A stretch of 40,196 bases of DNA from a virus (lineage: Duplodnaviria; Caudoviricetes). Positions 8,698 through 20,000 of this stretch are shown piece after piece; within the stretch, counting starts at the first letter, position 1, and the number at the start of each line of letters is the position of its first letter. A program made the translations under genes and the position numbers. The notes under the pieces were generated by a model. The model ran no database searches, was not told the origin of the DNA, and saw only the letters and a list, made by a program, of their open reading frames with translations. The stretch covers positions 1-40,196 of the IMG/VR virus record IMGVR_UViG_3300030207_002263, one strand, 5' to 3'.

Positions 8698-10548
8698 ATG
8701 CCTCTTAACAAAGTCAAGTTTGCTCCCGGTGTAAACAAAGAAGGCACAGAATATTCTGCTGACGCTGGGTGGTTCGACGCAGACAAAATAAGGTTTAGAC
8801 AAGGAAGACCAGAAAAGATAGGTGGCTGGGTTAAATATTCTGAAACATCGTTTTTAGGAGTTTGTCGTTCAATACATGACTGGGCTTCATTAGAGTCCAT
8901 TAGATACATAGGTCTTGGAACTAATCTAAAGTTTTATGTTGTTGAGGGGAACAGCTTTAACGATGTAACTCCGATTAGGTCAACAACATCCGCTGGTGAT
9001 GTAACATTTGCTGCTACTGACGGATCAAGCACAATCACTGCTACAGACACATCTCATGGAGCTGTAGTAAATGATTTTGTTACATTCTCTAGCGCAGCTT
9101 CTTTAGGCGGCAACGTAACCGCCGCTGTTTTGAATCAAGAATATCAAATTACTGCTGTACCAACGGTAAATACTTACGAGTTTACAGCTAAGGACACGAG
9201 CGGCACTACAGTAACAGCGAATAGTAGTGATACGGGCAATGGTGGTAGTTCTACAGTTGGTGCTTATCAGATTAATACAGGGTTAAATGACTTCTTGGAA
9301 GGCACTGGCTGGGGTGCTGGAGCTTGGGGTATGTCTGCATGGGGCAGTGCTAGCAGCATATCGGCTGCTGGACAGCTTCGTTTGTTTAGCCAAGATAATT
9401 TTGGTGAAGATTTATTGTTTAATGCCAGAGGCGGTGGCATATTTTTCTGGGACGAATCATCAGGCACTGGGGCGAGGGCGGTAAATATTACTAGTCTGAG
9501 CGGATCGGATCAGCCAACCATTGCGTTACAGGTTATGACCAGTGATATAGATCAGCATGTCATAGCTTTCGGCGTTAACCCTATTGGATCAAGCCAAATA
9601 GATCCTTTGTTTATTAGATTTTCTGATCAAGGTAACGCCACTGACTGGACTCCCACAGCAACGAATACTGCTGGAGGTATCAGGATAAACTCTGGTTCAC
9701 AGATAATTGGAGCCGTTCAGGGAAGACAAGAAATACTGGTTTTCACAGATGTAAGTCTTCACTCGATGAGGTTTGTTGGAGCGCCTTTTACATTCCAGAT
9801 ACAGACAGTAAGCACTGATATATCAATGATTAGCCCTAATGCTGCGGTAAATGCGCGAGGATCTGTTTACTTTATGGATAAGGGTGGATTTTACGTTTAT
9901 AACGGATCTGTCCAGCCCCTGCCTTGCTCTGTGAAAGAGTTTGTGTTTTCTAATATTAATCTTAGTCAGGCATTTAAAGTTTTTGCGGCAGAAAACAACG
10001 CATTCTCAGAAGTTATGTGGTTCTATCCGGTAGGTGAAGGGAACACAGAAATAACTAATTACGTTAGCTACAACTATGCTGAGAATCTCTGGTCTGTTGG
10101 AACATTAGAAAGGGCAGCTTGGCAAGGCGTTGGAACGCAAAACTTTCCTATGGCTACATCTGTTGTTACCACAAGTAACAATAATTACCTGTATTACCAT
10201 GAGAACGGATTTGATGACGATGGATCTGCTATGACGGCTTTTGTGGAAAGCGGAGACCTAGAAATACAGGATGGCGAAAGGTTTATGCTAATTAGTAGGA
10301 TAATACCTGACTTTGCGTTTAGTGGCGCTACTGGTGACGCATCAATATCTATGACGCTAAAAGGTAAGGATTTCCCGTTGCAGTCTTCAAGCACTTTGTC
10401 TACGTCTACAATCACTAACAGCTCAACACAGAGCCATGTAAGAGCAAGAGCTAGGCATCCTATAGTAAGAGTAGAAAGCAGCGGCCTTGGTTATGGCTGG
10501 AGGCTGGGTGATTTGAGGTTTGATATTAGGCCGGATGGAAGAAGATGA
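8698..10548 (+). CDS. Tail / head-closure protein (P22 gp10-like beta-propeller, inferred)
   Basis: 616 aa. 'GWFDADKIRFRQGRPEKIGGW' start and 'GWRLG..RFDIRPDGRR' end typical of podoviral tail proteins; lies before the core-protein genes. Confidence 0.7.
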   Translation: MPLNKVKFAPGVNKEGTEYSADAGWFDADKIRFRQGRPEKIGGWVKYSETSFLGVCRSIHDWASLESIRYIGLGTNLKFYVVEGNSFNDVTPIRSTTSAGDVTFAATDGSSTITATDTSHGAVVNDFVTFSSAASLGGNVTAAVLNQEYQITAVPTVNTYEFTAKDTSGTTVTANSSDTGNGGSSTVGAYQINTGLNDFLEGTGWGAGAWGMSAWGSASSISAAGQLRLFSQDNFGEDLLFNARGGGIFFWDESSGTGARAVNITSLSGSDQPTIALQVMTSDIDQHVIAFGVNPIGSSQIDPLFIRFSDQGNATDWTPTATNTAGGIRINSGSQIIGAVQGRQEILVFTDVSLHSMRFVGAPFTFQIQTVSTDISMISPNAAVNARGSVYFMDKGGFYVYNGSVQPLPCSVKEFVFSNINLSQAFKVFAAENNAFSEVMWFYPVGEGNTEITNYVSYNYAENLWSVGTLERAAWQGVGTQNFPMATSVVTTSNNNYLYYHENGFDDDGSAMTAFVESGDLEIQDGERFMLISRIIPDFAFSGATGDASISMTLKGKDFPLQSSSTLSTSTITNSSTQSHVRARARHPIVRVESSGLGYGWRLGDLRFDIRPDGRR

Positions 10549-10745
10549 GCACACAAACAAGAACAACGCCGTTACCTGTTCCAACTCCAGAATATGATGC
10601 TAGGGCAGAGGCAATAAACAGAAGAACGATAGAATTGGCTATGGATCAGATAGAAAACGATGTGATATTAGCCAAAACGCAAGGAGACAAAGAGGGATCT
10701 TTGGCTATGAGAAGGTTCCAGTTTCTCCTTATGGGTGCTTCGTGA
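10545..10745 (+). CDS. Hypothetical virion protein
   Basis: ATGA overlap; 'PLPVPTPEYD' N-terminus. Confidence 0.65.
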   Translation: MSTQTRTTPLPVPTPEYDARAEAINRRTIELAMDQIENDVILAKTQGDKEGSLAMRRFQFLLMGAS

Positions 10746-11071
10746 CAGACGTAATAAAGGTTTTAGGTCAAGCTGATGTATCAGCAACCACGACCACTAC
10801 TCTTTACACGGTTCCCAATCTGACACAAACAACTGTCAGCTCACTTGTGATCTGCAATAGAGGCGGCTCTGGTATTACGTTTCGGGTGAGCATTCACGTT
10901 GCTGGTGCTGGAGCGGATGACAAACAGTTTATATTTTTTGATGAAGATCTGGCTGCAACGACAAGTAGAACAGTAGTAATAGGCATATGCCTTGCTCAAA
11001 CAGACGTAGTGAAGGTCTATGCAAGTGCAGCAAATGTTAGTTTTAACCTATTCGGGGTGGAGACAAGTTAA
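10742..11071 (+). CDS. Small beta-rich virion protein
   Basis: GTGA overlap; 'TTLYTVP...SSLVICN...FNLFGVE'. Confidence 0.7.
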   Translation: MTDVIKVLGQADVSATTTTTLYTVPNLTQTTVSSLVICNRGGSGITFRVSIHVAGAGADDKQFIFFDEDLAATTSRTVVIGICLAQTDVVKVYASAANVSFNLFGVETS

Positions 11072-12975
11072 TGAATTATAATCAGCAAGCTCCTTTGCAA
11101 GGCAAAGCAGAAGAATTAGCTAGCTACGGCAGATATGGCGACAGCATGCTTGTTCACATGAACCCTATCGAGGTAGAGGGTATAGCGTCTTTGACCCCAA
11201 GCGGTCTTACCACTAACCCTGTGACTGGTCAGCCTGAAGCTTTTGCTTTTTTAATTCCTATGCTTGCAAGTATGGCGGCTCCAGCAGCTTTGACTGGCCT
11301 AGGAACAGCCACAGGTATTGGTGCGTTGACAGCTTTGGGTGGTAATGCCGCTCTGGCTGGCGCAATAGGATCTGGTCTCGCTACAACAGCATTAACGGGA
11401 GACCTCAAAAAAGGACTTGTATCTGGCCTTACCGGATATGGGGTAGGATCTGCTCTTGGGGCTGCGAAAGAAGCAGTGGCTGGAGTTCCTGAGGCGGCAG
11501 AGGCTGCATCAGCAGCAACAAGCGCAGTTGAAGCTGCTCAAAAGCAAGCTGCACTACAAGCAGTAGAGCAGGGTGGCACTCAGACTCTGCAAGAAGCGTT
11601 TAAGTCAAACCAACCCCTTCAAGATTTAATATCTCAACAAGCAACAGCAAAGGCAGCAGAAACTGCTGCGATGGAAGCTGCTAAAGATGTTGGTATAAGG
11701 AATGTCCTTGGATCAAAAGAAGGTTTGAAAGCTTTAGGGTCTAGCGCACTAGACAAATCAACACTAATTCCTGTAGCTGTTGGCTCTGGTCTTCAAGGTC
11801 AGATAGACATGCAAGAGCAGTCGGAGGCGTTAGGAAGAAGATTAGAAGAAGAAAAGAGAAGAGATAAAGAAAAATACGAAGGTATATTGTCTGGTTCTTT
11901 AGCGCAGATTGGTGCTGACTATGGTTTGGATATGTCTGGAGCTGGATATCAGGGTGGTGGAGTTGTGTCTCTAAACCCTCAGAATTATCAAAGATCTCTA
12001 GCAGAAGCACAAATGCTAGGCATGCAACAGCCTATGGGCATGAGAATGGGAAGGAAAGTAAAAACAGAACAAAAAGAAAAAGAGGAAAGTAAGGCTCAAG
12101 AAGAAACAGCTAATTATCAAAGGTTCGAGGATTTGATGGCAAATATGCCATTTGGATCTGCTGCTTCTTCAGCAGTAAGGCTTGGTCCTGCGGCCGCTGC
12201 TATGAGACAAGCTCAGTTAAGAGGTCCAGAGGTTATATCTCCAGAAGAATTAAAAGGCTACAGGCCCGGAATAGATCCAGAAATAATGTACTTCAGAGAA
12301 AAAACTAAGGAAACAGAGCCATATGACCCTGATGCTGGCCCAAGGTTTGATCCCGGCGATGTGCCTGATGATTTCTTTGAAAACTTACGCTTTGGTTTAG
12401 GAGAGCTTGCTGGAAGAGGTATCCTCACAGATGGAATGTTAGATCAGTTTCAAGCTGATTTAACTACAGAGGGTGTTGAGCAGTTTATATCCAGAGATCC
12501 TGCTGCAAGAACTACTGATTACACGGACATATATGACTTTGAAGCGAGGCCTATGGCTGCTGGAGGAAGCACCTCAGTAGATCCGTTAATAAATCAAACG
12601 ATCATGGCTGTTCTTGGCAGATTGCCAGAAGAAGATGCAGAGGTCGTAATTAGTAGATTTATTGATGAGTATGGAACTGAGGCTTTCCAAATGCTAAGGA
12701 ACCAAGCTTTGCGTTCTGTTGTTCCCGGCGCTCAAACAGAGGGTTTGATCGAAGGAGAGGGCGGAGGCATGGATGATCAGGTTCCGGGAATGATTGGGGA
12801 TCAGCAGCGTGTAGCTGTTTCACCCGGTGAGTACATAATACCAGCAGATGTTGTTTCTGCTACTGGAGATGGCTCTACGGACGCAGGAGCCGAAAGGTTT
12901 GACCAGATGATTGATGCCATCAGAATGGAAAAAACAGGCACCATGGAGCAACCAGAGCCTTTAGGAGCCAGATAA
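11071..12975 (+). CDS. Putative internal/ejected (pilot) virion protein
   Basis: 'GRYGDSMLVHMNP.EV...TTNP.TG.PEAF' N-terminus, Gly/Ala hydrophobic stretch, C-terminal 'G.GGGMDD.VP...GEYIIPADVVS'. Confidence 0.65.
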   Translation: MNYNQQAPLQGKAEELASYGRYGDSMLVHMNPIEVEGIASLTPSGLTTNPVTGQPEAFAFLIPMLASMAAPAALTGLGTATGIGALTALGGNAALAGAIGSGLATTALTGDLKKGLVSGLTGYGVGSALGAAKEAVAGVPEAAEAASAATSAVEAAQKQAALQAVEQGGTQTLQEAFKSNQPLQDLISQQATAKAAETAAMEAAKDVGIRNVLGSKEGLKALGSSALDKSTLIPVAVGSGLQGQIDMQEQSEALGRRLEEEKRRDKEKYEGILSGSLAQIGADYGLDMSGAGYQGGGVVSLNPQNYQRSLAEAQMLGMQQPMGMRMGRKVKTEQKEKEESKAQEETANYQRFEDLMANMPFGSAASSAVRLGPAAAAMRQAQLRGPEVISPEELKGYRPGIDPEIMYFREKTKETEPYDPDAGPRFDPGDVPDDFFENLRFGLGELAGRGILTDGMLDQFQADLTTEGVEQFISRDPAARTTDYTDIYDFEARPMAAGGSTSVDPLINQTIMAVLGRLPEEDAEVVISRFIDEYGTEAFQMLRNQALRSVVPGAQTEGLIEGEGGGMDDQVPGMIGDQQRVAVSPGEYIIPADVVSATGDGSTDAGAERFDQMIDAIRMEKTGTMEQPEPLGAR

Positions 12976-12978
12976 AGC

Positions 12979-13494
12979 GTGAGCAACCTACTTACATTTG
13001 ATCACACTCGTATTAGAGACATATCTAGGGAGCCTAAGGTAACTAAAAAGAACGCACCTAGGGATATTACCCACACCATTACTTTAGTTCCTAGCAACTT
13101 TGTAAAAACCCTTTGGAAAGACATAGAGCCTCATTTAGCAAAAGCTGTTGCGAGATCAAAAGGCAGATGGGAAATGGAAGCTCTTTACTATTCTCTAGAA
13201 AACAATAATCAACAGTTGTGGCTTGCTTTTGATAAAGACAACAACATAGATGGCGTTGGCACCACAGAGCTTATAGCCTATCCGGGCAAAAAGATGTTGG
13301 CTATTCAATTTTTAGGTGGAGACAAATTTAAGTTTTGGGTTTGGGAAATGTTAGAAAAGCTAACTGACTGGGCCAGAGATAATAATTGTGATGGTATAGA
13401 GGCAACCGCCAGAATGGGTTTTTGGAAGTGGTTGCAACAAGATGAGTTTGAAAGATCATATGTTGTATATGAAAGGAGTCTAAGAGATGAGTAA
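12979..13494 (+). CDS. Hypothetical protein, possible GNAT-like fold
   Basis: 'WARDNNCDGIEATARMGFWKWL' pattern; position within the core-protein cluster. Confidence 0.6.
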   Translation: MSNLLTFDHTRIRDISREPKVTKKNAPRDITHTITLVPSNFVKTLWKDIEPHLAKAVARSKGRWEMEALYYSLENNNQQLWLAFDKDNNIDGVGTTELIAYPGKKMLAIQFLGGDKFKFWVWEMLEKLTDWARDNNCDGIEATARMGFWKWLQQDEFERSYVVYERSLRDE

Positions 13495-15040
13495 AGGCGG
13501 TGGTGGCGGTGGTGTACAGGAAACCGAAAGCACAGTAACTCAGACTAATCTGCCTGAGTATGCTAGGCCTTTTTATGAGGAGATGCTTGGCAGGACCGTA
13601 TATGAAAGCACTCGTCCATACGAGGCTTTTCCGGGTCAAAGGCTAGCTGAATTTAATCCTTTTGAAACCACTGCCATGCAGGGTATTGCAGAGATGGCTG
13701 GTGCTGGCGCTCCACAACAAATTAGATCCGCTAGCGATATAGCTACACAGGTTGGGTTTCAGCCTTCTAATCTAGGGATGAATATAGCTCAAGGATTTAC
13801 TCCTCAGGCGCAGTTTTCTGGTTATACCGCTGGCGATGTAACGTCAGATTATACGGCTGGTGACTTGGCTCAAGGATTTACTGCTGATCAAAGGACTGCT
13901 GGCTATCAAGCTGGTCAATTTGATCCGAGTTACACGGCAGGAGACGTCCAAGCTCAATACACTGGTCAAGCTAATTTTGGGCCTGGATTTCAAGCTGGGA
14001 CTATAGCTGATCCTGCAACAATTCAAAGTTACATGAACCCTTATCAGCAATTAGTTACAGATATACAAAAGAGAGAGGCAAAAAGAGCGTCTGATACGCA
14101 AGCAGCAGAGATAGGACAACAAGCTGCTGCGGCTGGAGGTTTTGGTGGATATAGAGAAGGAGTCCTTCAGGCAGAAAGAGAAAGAAATTTAGGCCAGCAG
14201 TTACAAGACATACAAGCCAGAGGAGATCAAGCTGCATTTGCTCAAGCTCAACAAGCATTTGAGGCAGATAGAACCGCAAGGCTAAAGCAAGCTCAACTTG
14301 GGTTGCAAACCGGAACAGCACAACAACAAGCATTGCAGCAAGCAGAGAAGTTTAGGCAATCAGCATTTCAAGCTGGAGAGGGAGCAAGACAACAGGCCGC
14401 TAAACTTGGTCTCACGGCCCAACAACAAGAAGAGGCAGCAAGACAGGCTGAAGAAAAGTTTACACAATCACAATTCGCCCAAAATCAACAGCTGCAACTA
14501 GCACAGCAACAAGAGGACAGGGCTGCATTCCAGGCGGGTGAAGCGGCAGCTAGAGAAGCAGCACAGTTAGGGCTGTCTGCTCAAGAGATAAGCGAGAGGA
14601 CAAAACAAGCTGAAAACCAAGCAAGGATGGCGGCAAGAGAATTTAATGTTGGAGCTGCTCAGGACAGGGCTAGGCTAGGGCTTGCTGGTTTACAGGCAGA
14701 TCAGGCAACCAGAGGTCAAGCTTTAGATGCGGCTAGATTGCTTGGTTCACTTGGCGGTCAGGAACAAGCTATGGCTTTTGACAGATTGCAGAATCTGCAA
14801 GCGGCTGGAGAGATACAAAGACAGTTAGGACAAAGAGGTCTGGATATTGGATATCAAGACTTCCTAAGACAGCAAGCCTTCCCAAGAGAGCAAATAGGCT
14901 TCTTTAGCAGCATGCTGCAAGGCCTACCTGTTGCTCCCGGAAGTTCTATGGCTGCGTTTGGCGTTGCTCCTACTACAACGCAACAACTTCTTGGCGCTGG
15001 TATAGGTGGCGTTGGGTTATACAAAGCATTAGGTACTTAA
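13487..15040 (+). CDS. Putative DNA transfer/ejection protein (Gln/Ala-rich)
   Basis: AAGGAG SD. 'MSKGGGGG...TNLPEYARP', 'SYMNPYQQ.V', 'GGFGG.R', Gly-rich hydrophobic C-terminus. Confidence 0.7.
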   Translation: MSKGGGGGGVQETESTVTQTNLPEYARPFYEEMLGRTVYESTRPYEAFPGQRLAEFNPFETTAMQGIAEMAGAGAPQQIRSASDIATQVGFQPSNLGMNIAQGFTPQAQFSGYTAGDVTSDYTAGDLAQGFTADQRTAGYQAGQFDPSYTAGDVQAQYTGQANFGPGFQAGTIADPATIQSYMNPYQQLVTDIQKREAKRASDTQAAEIGQQAAAAGGFGGYREGVLQAERERNLGQQLQDIQARGDQAAFAQAQQAFEADRTARLKQAQLGLQTGTAQQQALQQAEKFRQSAFQAGEGARQQAAKLGLTAQQQEEAARQAEEKFTQSQFAQNQQLQLAQQQEDRAAFQAGEAAAREAAQLGLSAQEISERTKQAENQARMAAREFNVGAAQDRARLGLAGLQADQATRGQALDAARLLGSLGGQEQAMAFDRLQNLQAAGEIQRQLGQRGLDIGYQDFLRQQAFPREQIGFFSSMLQGLPVAPGSSMAAFGVAPTTTQQLLGAGIGGVGLYKALGT

Positions 15041-15041
15041 T

Positions 15042-17036
15042 ATGCAGAACTTGATTCAGATAGAGGATGATATAAAAGGTTTGCCAGATCAGGCTTTGCA
15101 GATGATGGCACAAAGACCTAATCCTCAAGTGCCTCAGTTTCTTGTTGTTAGTGAAATACAAAGAAGGTCTGATATGCGTAAAAGGTTTGAGGCCCAGCAG
15201 AATCAGCCCATGCCCACAGTTGCCCAACAAATAGTTAGCCAGCAACCCCAAGGCATTGCCTCTGTTATGCAAAATCAACAGCCTCAGCAAGCTATGCCCA
15301 TGCAGAATTCTTCTCCTCGCATGCAAGGCATGGCTGCGGGTGGGGTTGTTCGGATGGCTGATGGTAGACAAGCAACATTCCCAATAGACGAAACTCCAGA
15401 GAGAAGCTCTATAATCGGACAAAGGATCAATAATCCTTTTAATATCAGACAAGCAAATCAAGACTTTCTTGGAGAGACAGGAGAGGAGTCAGGTTTTGTT
15501 AGCTTTGAATCATCTCCATTTGGAGTTAGGGCAGCAGACAAAGTCCTTACTACCTACGGAAGGGATTACGGCATTAATACTATCCGTGGGTTGATTAATA
15601 GATTTGCTCCACCATCTGAAAATGACACAAGAGGTTACGTTAACTATATATCCAGTCAGTTAGGCATGGACCCGGATGCAGAGATTGATCTATCTGACCC
15701 CGACCTAAGAGCAAGAATACTGTCTCCTATGGCTATGCTTGAATCTAGAACAGAGCTAACTCCAGATCAGATACAGCAGCAGATAGCGGAGGCAAATCAG
15801 CGTCAGGTTACCCCGCCAGTAGCCCAGATTGATATTCCAGATCTCAATTTACCGTTCCCTCAAGAAAGGGAGACTGTTGTAACTACAGAAGAGGTTGTAG
15901 AGGCCCCCGTTCAAAAACAAGGGGCAAAAACTCCTACTGAGCTTATGAACGAGTATTTCCCAGACTCTAAAATAAAATCAGGTATTGCTACAGGAAGACA
16001 GGGTGCTGTAAGCAGGATGCCTGAATTAGTAAACCGGGTAGAGGGTAGTCGTAGAGGAGGCATCGATCCTACCACCACTAATGTTGATTTGGCTGGATTG
16101 ACTACTATTGAGGGTTCTCCAAAAACATCGGTCATAGAAGATGCTGAGAAAGCGATTATTGGTGCCGAAATAGCAGACACATACACTCCTATGCAGGGCA
16201 AGACAATAAAAATGCCTACTGCCCCTGTAACTCCAATGTCTAGAGAGGAAAGACTTTTAGCTAGAGAGGAGGGCTTTTCTCAGGCAGTAAGGCCTGATGA
16301 AGACCCAGAAGAAATTGTAAGACAAAGAGGGGTTGTGACGCGAGGCGAAAGAAAGAGGCAAGAGGTAAAAGACTTAGAAGAAGAGGCAAGTCAAGCTGCG
16401 TCTGAAGCAGAAAGAGTTGCTGCGGAAGAAGCAGCGCAAATGCAAGCAGATCAGGACGCTAGAGAAAAAAATATAAACGAGGCACAAGCCTACCTAGACA
16501 AAGTCAAAGAAGATAAAGCTGCTGGAGTCATATCTGACGAAGAAGCAGCTAAAAAGGAAGCTTTGGCGTTTGCGTTGGTGCAGTTAGGAGCTGGCATTGC
16601 AAAAGGTGATCTTGCAGAGGGTCTGCAAAAGGCTGGAGAAACAGCATCAGAGATAAGAGAAGCTGCGAGAGATAGGGCTATACGGCAAGAGTATTATGAT
16701 TCTATTGCTGGTGGCAAAAAAGGAACCAGGTTAGATACCCTGCTTTCAAAGTTAAGCACAGAAGTGAACAGACAGATGAAAGCTCTTACAGATAACATCG
16801 GCAAGGAGAGCATGAGGTTAATGAACGATCCAATAGCTAAAGCGGCAGAAAAAAGAAGGATAACCGCAAGTGTTGCTGCTGAGTTAGGGGTTCCTCTGTC
16901 AACGGCTTTAAATTATCTTGGCCTTTCGGTAGAGGGTGCAGATGGAGAGCTTCCTGCTGATGAATTTGTAAGCGCAGGTCAGATGGGCCGCACAGTTGAC
17001 TTTGCGTCACTAAACAGAGGCGAGTTTGGCGGGTAG
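15042..17036 (+). CDS. Internal virion protein with putative lysozyme-like (NNPxNIR) domain
   Basis: 'RINNPFNIR...FVSFES..FGVRAA..L.TY...NTIRGLINRFAPPSENDT.GY' block at about 15420-15745. Confidence 0.65.
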   Translation: MQNLIQIEDDIKGLPDQALQMMAQRPNPQVPQFLVVSEIQRRSDMRKRFEAQQNQPMPTVAQQIVSQQPQGIASVMQNQQPQQAMPMQNSSPRMQGMAAGGVVRMADGRQATFPIDETPERSSIIGQRINNPFNIRQANQDFLGETGEESGFVSFESSPFGVRAADKVLTTYGRDYGINTIRGLINRFAPPSENDTRGYVNYISSQLGMDPDAEIDLSDPDLRARILSPMAMLESRTELTPDQIQQQIAEANQRQVTPPVAQIDIPDLNLPFPQERETVVTTEEVVEAPVQKQGAKTPTELMNEYFPDSKIKSGIATGRQGAVSRMPELVNRVEGSRRGGIDPTTTNVDLAGLTTIEGSPKTSVIEDAEKAIIGAEIADTYTPMQGKTIKMPTAPVTPMSREERLLAREEGFSQAVRPDEDPEEIVRQRGVVTRGERKRQEVKDLEEEASQAASEAERVAAEEAAQMQADQDAREKNINEAQAYLDKVKEDKAAGVISDEEAAKKEALAFALVQLGAGIAKGDLAEGLQKAGETASEIREAARDRAIRQEYYDSIAGGKKGTRLDTLLSKLSTEVNRQMKALTDNIGKESMRLMNDPIAKAAEKRRITASVAAELGVPLSTALNYLGLSVEGADGELPADEFVSAGQMGRTVDFASLNRGEFGG

Positions 17037-17044
17037 ATTTCTGA

Positions 17045-20000
17045 ATGAATGTAACCCTACCTAACGGACTAGTAATAGAGAATGTTCCAGAAAACATCAC
17101 TCAATATGACCTAGCAAAGACTCTTGTAGACAATGGAGTTGCCACATACTCTGATCTAGGGCTAGATCCCTACGAGTCACAAAGAACCATTTCAGGCCAA
17201 GCATTCGAGACAGCTAAAGGCGTAGGAAGAGGGTTTGCTAACGCATTTCTTACTGCTGGAGAGGGTCTCGCGGAGCTTGCTGACGCTGCCACAGACTTTG
17301 TGGGCGCAGAGGATTTAATAGATAGTGGTGAAGACAATGCGCTAGTAAAAGCTGCCAGAGAAGGCAGAGCTGCTGTAGATGAGGCTATGGGGGCCGATAC
17401 GGCGTACAGAGACACATGGGCTACAAAGTTTGGCGAAGGACTTGGTTCCTTTGCCTCTTTCTTTACCCCCGCTGGGGCGATCAAGCTGCTTGGTATGGCT
17501 GGCAAAGGCGCTACAGCATTAAAAGCAACTGGGATGGGGTCATTAGCTGCTGGAACAGGTGCTGGGGAAGCTGCACAAAGAATAGAGGCAGCGAGAGATC
17601 GTGGCATAGAAGTAACTGATGATCAGGAAAACCTGGCCGTTTTAGGTGGTACTGTAGTTGGGTTTAGTGAATTAATAACACCATCTAGATTGCTAAAAAG
17701 AATTAGCGGTAAAGGCGATAAGTTACCATCAGGAATAAAAGAAAGACTTTCGTCTGCTCTCAGGTCCGGTACAGAAGAGGGTTTACAAGAGGTTTCTGCA
17801 AGCATAGCTCAAGATGCGATACAGAAGAACGTATACGATCCTAATTTTGAGATAGCTGGTGGCAATCTTTTTGAAGAGTTCACTATTGGCGGTGCAATAG
17901 GTGCTGGAGCAGATCTAGTTTTAAATGCTGCTGCTGGCAGAAGAAACAATGCTGCTAGTGCTTCTGCTTTCGAGTCAGAAAAGAAGATTAGAGAGCAGCA
18001 GGATCAAGCAATAAAAGACAGAGAAAAGATTCTTTCTCAAGATCTAGAGATACAAAAGACTTTAGATGCGGAGCAAAGGCTTCAAGCAGAAGCAAACAGA
18101 GAGTCAAACAGGGTTCTTGCTGAACAATCGAAGCAAATAGATCCATCACAGATAGATCAGCCTGTAGGCAGAAAAATCACCCCATCAATAAGAACGGGTT
18201 CTAGATATGTATCTATGGTAGATACTACAGACGGAACCACTTTCCAAGCCGAAGAGCGTGTAAGAGTACGCAATAAAGGCAAACCAAACGAAACCACAAC
18301 CACCTTCGTTAATGTTCCAGACAAAGGCGAGGTAATTACATCAGTAAATGGACAGGCTGTTCCTGCTGCACAGAGCGGCTTTCAGGTTATTACAGCCGTG
18401 GAACCAAGCGAATCTATACTCTCTTCCTCCCCTCAAGACAGAATGCTGGCTTATGCCCAGCATATTAGCAGAACTATGGGAGATAGTTTTCCCTCCGGTA
18501 ACAACATGTTTACCGTGAAGCTTCCGCAAGACTACGGAGGCAAACAAGTTGATGCCACAACTTTAAAAGACGGCGCTCCGGTCTTTCTTGTTGAAGATTC
18601 AAAAGGCAACCGATACGGCAAACCCCTACAAACATCAGAAGAAGCATTCGCTTTAGCTGGTCATCTCAATACTCAAATCATAAACAACAATGTCTATGCT
18701 GGTGGCGATGCAGCGATCAAGACATCTGGTCAGTCTTATAACGAGTCTCAGATAAATTCTTTGCAGAGATATAACTTTGCAGCAAATCATCCAGATTCAA
18801 ACACCTATTCAGCTCCTGCAATTGATGGTGCAGCAGAGACTACTCAGGATAGAGGTTTTGATGAGCTTGCAAACATAAAGGATTTGATAGCAGAGGGTGT
18901 CAGCCCCAGAAACATGACGGCATCTCAAAGAATAAACGCCAAAAGAATGCGAAAGGGATTGCCTCCCACTAAAACATTTACTATTCAGGAGGTAAAGTCT
19001 GTGCTGAACGATCAGCAGCTTTACAACCTGACAGATACCAGGCTAAACGGATTACCAGAGACAGAAACATACAAGGCTGGCCTCAGCAAAAATGGCAATC
19101 CTGTTGTTTACAGCAGTGCTGGAGAGACGTTGCAGGGTAGACCTCTGACTACTCTCGAAAAAGATGCTGCAATCAAAAAGAATCCAAAGAAGAAACCGCC
19201 AAAGATTGTAAGGTTTAAGACCCAAGCAGATGCTATTGCTTACTCAAATCAACTAAACAACACGACCAATAGATCTGCCGTAAACAAAGGCGTTATGCGT
19301 AACGTAAACGCTGATCTCAAGGGCTTACAGCAGCTACTAAAATCAAAGAACATAACATCTGAGGTTGGATCTCCAGAGATCAGATACCTAGCAAAACAGA
19401 TTACTGGATCTCCCAAACCCCTCAGCTCTCAAACGGAGGCCAATCAAAGGCTTTTCTATCAAAAGATAAGATCTTTACCGAGATTCGATAGACCCACCAA
19501 ACTACCCCTATTCAAAGAGAAAAAGTACACCGGAGCACAGTTCAGGGCTGCATTGTCTCGTTATCAAAAAACAAACGACATAGATAACGCATCTATAGTT
19601 GCTGGTATAGCTCCAGAAAGTGCTGCTGGAAAAGAACTCAAACAAGATCTAAAAAATCAAACGATAGACCCTGTTGTAAAAGAAACAGTAACAGAAGAGA
19701 TTGCAGTAGACACCGCCGCCCCTCTTGCTTTACCACCGCCAAGGAAATTAGAAGATCTAAGAAAATCAATTAAAGAAAGGATGGCTAGGTATGGCCTCAA
19801 AGATGTAGCCGTAAATTTAGATAATGCCCTTAATACGGCAGTTAGAGGTGCAGATGGTCAACTTTACTACGGAATAAGGCCAGTAAGAGATGGAGATGCG
19901 GAGTCAATACTGGTTGGAGGTTCAAGAGGTAGCGGTAGATTCGCATTCGCTACCGACATAGATCCAGAGGGAAGAGCGGAAGGTTATTACTCTCCATCTC

